From positions 1 to 64,000 of the forward strand of contig DF237063.1 of the NCBI GenBank assembly GCA_000708835.1: DNA of 64,000 bases. Reading direction: 5' to 3'. Each line of letters opens with the position of its first letter. Within the stretch, counting starts at the first letter, position 1. The position numbers and the translations under genes are program-made. The notes beneath the pieces were generated by a model. That model had not been told where the DNA came from. It ran no database searches and was given only the letters and a program-made list of their open reading frames with translations. The stretch is from Klebsormidium nitens. Lineage: Eukaryota > Plantae > Klebsormidiophyceae. Below are positions 24,101 to 34,100 of this stretch, one piece after another.

Positions 24101-26676
24101 GCCGCTTGAATCCGGATCCTGGCATGCAAGAAACAAGTTCGAACTTCTCGAATTGAGAAGGTAGAGTTCCTGATGGAAAAGGCATTGGCGGAAAACCACG
24201 GGAAAGCATGTCAAAAAGTGCACATCTTGTATCGAAGGTGGCGCGGTCAGATAGAGAGGCTCCAAACACGAAGGTTGCGCCAGACGCCCTTGGACGTAGA
24301 AACGCATCGATCATGAAAGCCAGGGCTGAAGATACGGGTGATTGAGAGAAGGATGATCGTAGGTAAGGCTGGAAGTGGAAAACAAGGGTATATGCCTGGA
24401 AAGACAGTGAACCTGGCAATAAACGAGGCGTCAGCTCTGCCATCGTTGCAATGGCTCATGGACAATGGAAGGCAGAACTTCCTGAACCTTATGGTGGAAA
24501 AGCGAATAAGAAAATGACCGCTTATACAATCAAGGACCACAAAGGATTGGTTGAAATACTGGGCAGAACCTGCGCCGATGCCTAGAACGTCGGTGTGACG
24601 TTGGAAAGTAGGATCCTGGGTTTGTAAAAGTATTTCAGTTCAGATGTCATTCATATACTACATGGAAGCGAAAGGGAAAAAAAAGTGAGTGGGACTACAA
24701 CCAAAGAGTAGGACTTTCGCACAATAATTTTCCCACTGCTTTTCTGGCTGAAGCCCTTCTCCTAGAAGCCCGATTCGGTACCAGCAAAAGCCTTCAATTA
24801 AAGTGCCCTCACCTCAAGCGCCCCGTCACTCCAGTGTTCCTTGCCTGCGATTGCAAGGCTGGCCTCGACCCCCAGGGCAATGTGTCGCAGCCGGCGGGCA
24901 TCTGCCTTGGCGCGCGTGTCCAGAAGCGCCATATCCTGGCGCGCCTTATTGTCCAGCTCAACAAAACCCCTGAGTTAAAAAACGGTTTAGATATCCGATT
25001 CAGCATTTGGTGCTTCTGATGTGAAAGGTTCAGTGAAATGAGGTCTGGTGTTGCGCGTCTGGTGAAAGAGCTCTCAGATGGAATGTGGCCACTTGGCTTC
25101 ATTATGCTTAACTACGGAAAGTTGTGGGCGAAAAATGGTCGCAGGAGGTTTGGAGTTGCTATCCTGGGATGCTCAAAGACTTTCGGGCGTTGACGGTCTT
25201 CCTGAAAGTGCACACAGATGCTAACAAAAGCAGAATAAGAAGGCTGGATTAGATGGATAAGGAAAAGTTCAGGCGTTGACAGTCTTCCTGAAAGTGCAGA
25301 CAGATGCTAACAAAAGCAGAAGAAGAAAACTTGATGTTGGCTGGATTAGATGGATAAGGAAAAGTTCAGGCGTTGACAGTCTTCCTGAAAGTGCAGACAG
25401 ATGCTAACAAAGCAGAATAAGAAAGCTTGATGATGGCTGGATTGCACAGCTCACTGAGCGGTAAAAAACTAGAAGTCTTTCTGGGTACAAGTAGAAGAAA
25501 AGTAAGGCTGTGGGACATTTTGTGTAGTCCAGGGGTTCTGATGATGATGAAGAAAGGTCAACGAAAAGGGCAGGGACTTTCAAGGTGCTGAACTCGGAAA
25601 AGTGCATGTAGGCTGCTTGAAACGGAACCTGGTGCACCACCATTTCAGCAATTACAGGGAAAAACTTTCTGAACACATGGTGCACAACTACAATAGATTG
25701 CTTGTACAATCCTAGGAACTCCAATACAGCCTCTGCCTAATCAAGTACAACCATGTATATGTCTTGTTTTGAGGATATCTAAGCTAAGCACTTCTCTGTA
25801 TGATCAGAGCCTAGTTGCACAATATCATAAGTGCTGCTTTGAAGGCTAAGCTGCATGCCTGGCTTTGGCATGGTGCCACCGACAAAATGTGGGTATATGC
25901 CAAGAGGCATACTAAGGCATCCCACATTCTCACGAAGCTTCCGTTCCTAAGCTTTCAAAACATACTTCTTTCTCCAACCCTGCACACGGCGCCCGCTGCT
26001 ATGACAGAGCGTGAGAGGGCGTGCTGAGATTGATTAGCAAAAACTCAATTTTGTCAAAGTATCTTGACCTCATCAAGAAACTCTGCTGCCTCTTGGCTGC
26101 CACCAAGTTTGCTGGATAGCTTCGCCTCTAGACTGGCATCAAGTCGGCTTAACCAGCTTTATAACCACAATCGATGGAGATCGACTTTGATGGAGATCGA
26201 CGACAAACAGACTAGTAAATGTACATGATTGTTCAGCACTTCCAGACAGCTGCATGTCATGCACCTTACCTTTGCAGCATGCTCAGATCATTGCGCGCCC
26301 TTTCATCTAAAATTATTGCATCCTTCCGTGCAAATTTAGCTGCAGTTGTGATCCCAGGCCAGGGCCTCGGACATCTGGCGCTTCGGATGCTCCGTCTGCG
26401 CTCCTGCTGGCCAACTCGGCGCCCATCCCCCTCATCCCCTTGCTTGAACACAAACGCACGACAGAATCTAGGTGGCAACCCCTCATGCTTGCGTACCTTT
26501 GGACAGATTGGGAGGGGCCGGGAAAAGAAGCTGGTTTTCAAGCAGAGAGAAGGTTGTGCTCTTAGGTGCAAGGCGCCCTTGCATGATGTCAGTGTCGGAT
26601 AAGTGTCCGTGCAGAGTCCCTGCCCGCTGATGGAAGCATGCGAGCCGCTGGCGGCCCGCCTGCTTGCAGCTTGCAT
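21156..26676 (-). CDS. AAF: AAF-like senescence-associated plastid protein (Arabidopsis A-Fifteen family); 5' structure uncertain
   Basis: Confident exons: 24813-24969 (GFVELDNKARQD...KEHWSDGALE), 23730-23936 (ADLRLADLRARRRVMEDA), 22791-22972 (DSEELELIVAALLDFDEADG...SPDAATR), 21799-21874 (RALAEALAAAPSLWALGNAGISALE), 21156-21332 (RLSNDRNKLVARAASSALEGLRQKW). Exon 26270-26676 ends ILDERARNDLSMLQ. These match my recollection of AAF (HWSDGALEADLRRAD; ALANALAAAPSMWTLGNAGMGAL; ERARNDFVLL). Small exons between 25000 and 26200 and the true start were not resolved. Confidence 0.85.
23040..23530 (-). repeat. Three decayed ~170-180-bp tandem copies of the AAF intron end + acceptor + exon start
   Basis: Copies of ctgcag|gcggcgtatttggaggtggtgggcagtctggcccaggagacagc at about 23040-23200, 23215-23390 and 23395-23530. 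Each carries its own intronic flank (ataaccaa/ataaccat...gcttgacc) and is more decayed the further it lies from the functional exon. Confidence 0.9.
25186..25443. repeat. Three-unit ~85-100-bp tandem repeat in an AAF intron
   Basis: ggcgttgac(a/g)gtcttcctgaaagtgca(c/g)acagatgctaacaaa(a)gcagaa...ggctggatt occurs three times. Confidence 0.9.
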
Positions 26677-26998
26677 TGCACCAGCTGTGCAGGTGGTCTT
26701 CCTAAGGGAGCCTAAGGGAGAGCAGCTGAGAATAGCTGGCGGAAGGACTGGGAACTTGGAAGGCGCCTGTCGCCCGTATTACTACGGTGAACGGACGCCC
26801 ACCCACTAGGACGTTGAACCATGCAAAGCAGAATGCAAGCCTTCCATGCAAGCATCACGCCATTGCCAGCGAGTCCCGAGAGCAATAACGGTACTCTGCG
26901 CAGGATATTTTCTGTCCTTGCTCATGAAAGAGAATGCGGCTCCTGCCTTCCCCCGCCTTCTCTTCGAAGACGACCTTCTTCCTGCGCAGCACCCAGAC

Positions 26999-27012
26999 CA
27001 CGTGGACGTGGC
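26999..27012. promoter_or_regulatory. Tandem G-box/ABRE-like motifs upstream of the AAF-like gene
   Basis: CACGTG at 26999-27004 is immediately followed by ACGTGGC at 27006-27012. Function is not demonstrated. Confidence 0.3.
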
Positions 27013-27402
27013 ACTGTGGTGGCCCCTTCCAAACTGCATAACTGAGCCGTCGGATGTCCCTCTCAAAAACATCTCGGCCGTTCGAGCTGTCTGTTAAAAT
27101 GCGCGCGCGAGGTCAGGCTCAGCCCGCTCGGTCGGGCCGGGGTCCGTGGGCACTGTACTACAGGCTTCGGTACCGTAGTAGCCTAGAGAAAACGTCCGAC
27201 TCGCGGCTCGAGGCGGGAGGGAGGCGGGGATAAGTTCAGCTCTTCAACATGCCAGGACATGCTAATACTAGTACAGGTGGACCGCAGAACCGCAGAATAG
27301 CTGGGGGACGACCAAGAATCGCAGCGCTGCCGTCCAGATTTTGACGTAAAAAAATGAACGCTCGAGATCTTTCGTTTATTCTCACTTAGTCCCGGTTTGT
27401 AC

Positions 27403-27410
27403 AAACCCTA
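27403..27410 (+). promoter_or_regulatory. Telo-box-like motif AAACCCTA in the region upstream of AAF
   Basis: acAAACCCTAgt lies in a CpG-rich putative promoter region. Confidence 0.25.
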
Positions 27411-27898
27411 GTATCGGAACCTGTCCTGCCAAAGTTTGCGACCCCCTAGCTAAACTTTGCAGACTGGAGTCCTTATGTTCAGATTGGACGCGGTAGCGCT
27501 GCGATTTCGTCCATCGCGAAGTTCTGCGGTCCGCCTGAGTACATGTCTACCTAGCAGGCTACGCGAGAAATAATGCGTTGTCTGTATGTCGACCATATTC
27601 TCAATCGAAGTGGCTAAAGTGCTTTTAATTTCACTGCACTGGTGCAAAAGTTAAGGTTTGACAACATTGCATTGCAAAGCGTTGAAGTGTTCAAATATGT
27701 CAGCATGACTTGGCAATATGGCAAGCTTCATTGCTTGGAGCATCATGGTCATACTTGGTGCGGCGTCGCCGTGCCCATGACGACACGATTTGCGAGCCAC
27801 ACGACTTGACCGTGCCACAATCGGAATGCTTGATATGTTGTCGAAGTCATTCGTCTGCCGAGTTCCACAAATAGGTTGATGTTGCAGCTTTGACGTAT

Positions 27899-30690
27899 CT
27901 AACGTGCTTGATTGTCGGCACTCCTCAATCGCTTCTGCGACGGTTCACCGACTTCTTTCTTCACCGGCTTCAATGTGGTCACCTCCTACGCACAAGCATG
28001 ATTTGCATGTCAGACAAAGCTAGTCCAAGAAGAGAGTGAAAAACTTCGAAGCTCCAAAGACTGCATGTCAAGGTGGCGTGCCTGAAGAGCTAGGTTTGGC
28101 TTCACAAGATGACGTGCCTTAAGTGCCGAGATTGGCTTTCCTTTAGAGCAGAAGAATGAACCGTAGACGAAATTGGAGCATTAAACGTGGTAGGACAACT
28201 CAAAACTTTCAAGAAGGAAAGGATAAGAGCTTACCGAAGCAATTTTCATCCACTTCTCTTTCTCAGCGCTCTCTGCTTCTTTCTCTCGCTTGAGCCTCTC
28301 TATCTCCGCCTTCAATGCAAATGGGCACTTGTCCAGGTGTGCTTGCATGTCTTTGCGCTGTGCTTTTTCTGTGCACCCAGCCTTCATCATGTGGCACTTC
28401 AAAACGGTCGCAATGCATTCTTCCTGAAAGAAAGATACAAAGAAGTGTTCGTTGACACAAGCCCAAATTGCATGCCGTTTGCAAAACTGCAACATTTCAT
28501 CATCCTTATGAAAGGCACGAATCCATCCGCGGACAGTTACATTGTATTCGGCTAACTTTAGCAATGAAGGAGATCAGAGCAGAAGCTCCTTATATCTGTA
28601 AGGAAGTAATGACTTGATGTGTGATTGTATAAGGGTTCAGGGTGGTTTTACAATGATCCCCAATGAATCTTTATACCCCTTACTTGAGACGAATTCGACC
28701 TAAAAGTACACAAAATGCGTTCCAACGATAGACTACCTTGCATTCGCAGGTTTGTTGGCTCAGACTGCTTTCTCACCTTCTTATGATGCGGCATTAGTTT
28801 GGCAAGCACCAGCATGGTACAAGGCTGTTGTGAGCACTTAATCTTGCACACATCCGCATGTGCCACCACGTCTTTTCTCCACAACAACGACTTGCACCCT
28901 GGCAAGCATCGGACGACCTTGAAGCCACACGTCTTTGCGTGTTCGCGCAGCTCGTGCTCACGGCCAACAAACTCACATGCTTCTGGATCCTGCAACCAGG
29001 AAAAGAATTAGACTAGATAAAGTGAACGTGAGTGTTGCAAGTATTCGAGTGAGGCCCGCTTCTATTTTGAAACCGCGCATTCTCGGGTGCCCTAAACCTA
29101 TACTACTACATATTCCAATGGATTGGACGAAGCAGTACACGATTCACAATCCTAATTAATTATTAGACTTACAACAGCAAAGATTCGAGTATACTGTGTA
29201 CATAATGGTTTGCAACTGAAGACACTGCCCTCATCCTAGACAGATGATGAGCAACAGCTTTCATGCTATTCATCTAGAGTCTTACTACGATTACTACCCT
29301 CATCAGGGGTGAGCCAATCAATCGTTTCCAAACGATTCACAAGCACAATGTCGTTCAGGCAACTCACTTTGAGGTAGCAATTCTTGGATTTGTCATAGCA
29401 CAAGGCGTTTGTACACCACCGCTGGTTCCGAACGAGTTGTATCACCGTGCCATATCCAAGGAATGGCCCAAGCAGCTTTTTGTCAAACTTGATTTGGCAC
29501 GTAGGACAAAAGCCCATTACCTTAGGCACAACCTTGAGAATGCATCCCCTGCAAACGGATTATTTTGAGCTTCAACAATTGGGAGTCGCTCCATTTTGTG
29601 AACCCCAGGGCTTTCCGATATTTGGATAGGACCTTGATTCCTAAGCATCGTCTGTAAGACCAATGTCGCTGACACTAGGACTTCAGGCTCGTATTCCAAA
29701 CTTTGTTCTGTAGACTTTGTCGAATGAGACATGTGAAAGCGACAGAGATTCTTTCTTAGTCATCAAGCCCCTCCTATGTCCGCGTACCACAAGATTGTGT
29801 TGAGACTAGAGCACAAGTTACATTTGCTTACTTGCAAAATTTGTGGCCACAGGTTGGCACTTGGACAGGCGTCTTCAGAAAGTTCTTACACTTTCCGCAC
29901 CTGCGGAGAGATCGAGAACACGTGAGGCTCCCAAGGCTGCAACAATTGATCAGTGTGAGGCTGCCAATTGTCCAGGATATATTTTACTGAGCGATAGGAA
30001 ACCAGCTGCAATGCGGTAGTCGCACTGGAGAACCAGTTTCTCAGATGGATAATTAGAAGACGTCGAATCATTATATCCTGTTACAATGCTGAACCTGGAA
30101 CAGGTTAGCCGAATGGGTCCCTCAACTTCAGGTCCACAGTGCTTCAAATACTGTTCACAGCAGATTGCCGGCCCAAACGCATCCACCAGGCGCCGGCTCA
30201 CTTACTTGAGGTCAGGGACAACCTCTGAAGAGTAAATGAAGTCCGCCTCTCCAGGATACGGTAGATATTGGCAGAGATATGAGCCATCTCCCGTACGACT
30301 TCCTGGCTCAACGAAGACATGCGACTTCTCCTTGCCGCTTGCCTGTACATCTTCTCGGTTTGAAATTCCATGCCCAACTTTGCTCCCAGAATTGGCAGAA
30401 GCGTTTTGCTCAGCACTTGAGCTCTCTTCGGCCACTCTCACATAGGTGGGCACATCCAAGCCCCCAGCACGGCGAAAGAGATGAGGCGTGTCCGACTCGT
30501 CAGAATCATAGTCACCTTCCCCATCGCTACACATGATTACAGCAAGTTTTGGCTCTGCTCTTAGAAACCTGCCTGGTCAATGCTGATGCTAGCGCAAAAG
30601 CCCAACGAGAGATGCCGTTGTCACTCTGTGCATTCTTTGACAAATGTCTTGCAGGATCTTACCGGCATCGGCATCCCCGCAAGCGTTCCC
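27899..30690 (-). CDS. C3HC4 RING + TRAF-type zinc-finger + coiled-coil protein (putative E3 ubiquitin ligase); 5' end uncertain
   Basis: Phase-consistent exons: 30206-~30525, 29832-29900, 29368-29548, 28777-28989, 28235-28423, 27899-27985. The spliced RING reads CGKCKNFLKTPVQVPTCGHKFCKGCILKVVPKVMGFCPTC. It is followed by Cys/His repeats (CEFVGREHELREHAKTC; CHMMKAGCTEKAQRKDMQAHLDKC) and a charged helix (AEIERLKREKEAESAEKEK). A possible upstream exon lies near 30640-30730. Confidence 0.8.
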
Positions 30691-30903
30691 TGTCCAAAAC
30701 CTCCTGAAGCAGTAAAAGCACTTGCTCCTACAATGAATCAAATGAATGCCCAAATGAATGTAAGTTCGTAAGCAGTGCAAAGCAGTGCTGAACTGCATTT
30801 GGTCACCATGGACGATGTGGACTGGTCCCTGGTGCCTGGTGCTGCATGCAGTGGTCCATTTGAAGATACGACGAAAAGCGGATCCGGATTTTTTGACACT
30901 CAT

Positions 30904-31195
30904 CTTCGAGCGCTATGCATTCAACTGGTTTTGGATGCCTAAGCATCATACTCGAGTGTCAGGACTCAGAACATAGATGCGCAAAAAGAAAATTAAAAGA
31001 CATTATGGTTTGGGGAACTGCATTTTAATTCGTGGTGATTCAAATCATGCATCCAGTTTGCGTGCAAACAACAGTTCTTTGAAGAAGGCGTCTAAGTAGA
31101 TCTGTCACCTTCAAACACCCTCCAAAATTCAGTTGTGGTGCTCCTTCAAATCGTGCTTAAGTACAGTTGATTGGCGCCTGCTTGCAATTACGACG
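30904..31195. promoter_or_regulatory. Putative compact bidirectional promoter (RING/TRAF gene and GUF1)
   Basis: AT-richer spacer of a few hundred bp between two divergently oriented genes. Confidence 0.35.
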
Positions 31196-34100
31196 ATGGC
31201 GGTGGTGCGGCAGCGGGCGGTGGCCGCGGGTCGCAGTTTCCACCAGGCATGGGCAATGGGGTTTGCAACTTGGCTGCATCCAATGCATCGTGTCTTGGCT
31301 CCACATGCGGAGATGAAAGCCTGCAGTGACATCGAGGAACTGACATTCTCTTGCGCCGAAAGCGCCCCAGCATGGCAAGCAAAGAGCAAAAGGCACCGCG
31401 ACACCACTCCTTGTAACGCGGCTGTCAGAGTGACACCAAGCACTTGGCTTTTCGACGAACTGAAAAGTCAACAACAGCATGATGTCGGACTGTCACAGCA
31501 GCTCAGCAATCAATGCGCAATGGGTGAGGGGCGCCTGCCTGAGGGAAAAGGTCTTCTCTTGAACCCTTTTCTCAGGATGTTGAAAGAAGATTCTGGGCGG
31601 TTGTGCCACACTCGCAACTTCCACTCAAGAGCATCAGCAGCGGCAGCGCCAGCACTTGCAGAGCCAGAAACTAGAGGCGAGAGCTTGTACGACCAGCAGA
31701 AGGCGCTTGAGCTCACCGAGTTCCCGCCAGAGCGCATTCGCAACTTCTCAATCATAGCGCACATTGATCATGGCAAATCGACATTGGCGGATCGGCTGCT
31801 AGAGCTCACAGGGAGCATTCGTAAAGGGCAGGGCCAGCCGCAGTTTCTAGACAAGCTGCAGGTGAGCCCCGGTCTGATGCACAATGGTGTATCAGTGGTG
31901 TAATAAGCTCTTGGCTGACTGGCGATGGAGAATTGAGGGGATCGTGGCAGTGCAATGATGTTTGAGTGGTTGTGACACATGTTTACTGCCAAACCTTCAT
32001 CAAACTTTTCTACGTACACTGCTGATTTGATGGTAGGGCGCAGATCTCTTCGGCCTGTCCAAATCTTATGCATACTTGGTGTGTCTTCTTCATACCACAC
32101 TCAAATCTGTGGAGTCCCGTTGGTTTGCATTCCTTCTCGAAGGATACACAATCCCTTACTTCCAGAGCTTATCAAAATACGTTGAAATCTGATTCTCAGC
32201 GCACCGCCACTCTCTCTGCTCTCTTATACGCGCCGCCTCAAATTCTCCAACCGTAGTCGCACGCCTTCATCACGCAATACTCCCACCTTCCTGTTAGATC
32301 CAAACGTTCAAAGGAATGAGCTCAACACGTCCCCTTTTTTCTCCAGGTCGAGCGCGAGCGGGGGATCACCGTCAAAGCCCAAACTGCGAGCCTGCTCTAC
32401 AACTACCGACCCCCCCACCCCTCCCTAGTTGCTTCCCCCGGGTGGCACCTCCTCAACCTGATCGACACCCCCGGTCACGTGGATTTCAGTTACGAGGTCT
32501 CCCGCAGCTTGGCCGCCTGCCAAGGAGCGCTTTTGGTGGTCGACGCGTGCCAGGGGGTGCAGGCGCAAACGGTTGCGAACTTCTGGTTGGCGTTCGAGGC
32601 GGGGCTCAACATCATTCCCGTAATCAACAAGGTAAGAAGTTTATACGAAAAGTATTGTGCTGTGTTGAATCTTGTTAGAGAATGATTGCGCTTGTTAAAG
32701 CAAGGCGTCTACTGATGAGCGACCCACGTTTCGGATGCATTGGGGTCAGATTGCACCTTTCCGTGGGCAGGGCTGATTCTGAAGGACCTCGATCTATCTT
32801 GTTAAAGTGCTCTTGATCTTGAAGTCCGAGGGCCAATCCTGAGTTTTGTTTTGTGACTGGTCGGCCAGAGACGCGTCATTCCCGAAAAAGTTTCGGAAGT
32901 TGACAAATGGATTGGGTACTTGCTATCAATGAGGCAATCGAACTCGTTGTCAAACTGAGTCGCAACGCTTGAACTATCTTCCCGCCGCACTGGTCAATCT
33001 CTCGCCCGGGTATACTTTGTATGAAGGACCGTCGTTTGGGCCTAAGACTCTGGTTCATCAAATTGGGTCGGTCGATGACCTGTATCTGACCCAGTTCCCA
33101 CCCTCCGCCCTGCCAGATCGACCAGCCCGCCGCAGACCCCGCCCGCATCGCCAAGCAGATCGAGTCCACTTTCGACATCGACTGCTCGGACGTCCTCCTC
33201 TGCTCCGCCAAAACCGGCCAAGGCCTCGAACACGTCCTCCCCGCAATCATTGAAAAGATCCGGCCCCCCGCCGGGAGTCTAGACTCGCCTCTGAGAATGC
33301 TTTTGCTGGACAGTCATTATGACGACTACAAGGGCGTCATCTGCCACGTGGCAGTCGTTGATGGGGCGTTGCGGCGGGGGCAGAAGATTGAGTCGGCGGC
33401 GACGGGACGGGTGTACGAAGTGGGGGACGTGGGGCTCCTAAGACCGGAGATGGTTAGCACGGGGAGGCTGTTTACCGGACAGGTGCGTGATATTAAAGAG
33501 TCTTCTCGTTTGCTCGTCTGTCGGAGTCTCAGGTTCGCTCGGTTCTGCAGAAACGACTGATTGAGCGTCGGCGATCTGGCCGGCGTTTCTCTGGGCCTAC
33601 CTTTCGTCTTGCGTTTCTGAATGATTGACCCTTCAACTGGTCACTGAATGCCTCAAAACGGTCTTGGTAGAGGCGTTTGTACGGCCCTTGTAGAGTCGCT
33701 TTTCACTTCGTGATGTGCTGCCCGTTTTCGACTTCGAGTGAATTGCCATTCTGCAATCGACTCGATCTCACACCAGTCCGTTTTCGAGTCAGTCTTTTCT
33801 TAATTCCTTGGGAACGTCGCTGCGAATTGATCTCATCTTCTTCCCCGCTCTTCGGTGATGTTGGGTTGCCTCCAACCTCGGTTCTTAATCTCGTGCTCAT
33901 CCATACTTCCAAAGAAGCTCGCTTCTCAACGCGTTCGTTCCTTGCTGTAATCCTCGTCTATGTCATTCCTCAACCATGCTCAATATCATTTAATGTCACC
34001 TTGTTAGCCTCACTGCTGGCCTTAAAAGCACCTTGTAAACCTGCACAAGGTGCAAACCAGTCCGCTTCGGATCCAACGTCGCCAGCATTCGTTGCTTATT

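Noticed and set aside
26900-27060. LSYAVW...CHVHVVWVLRRKKVVF, faintly like the IS200 TnpA N-terminus
   Set aside because: There is no HUH motif, catalytic Tyr region, TnpB/Fanzor ORF or terminal hairpins nearby, so it is most likely chance.
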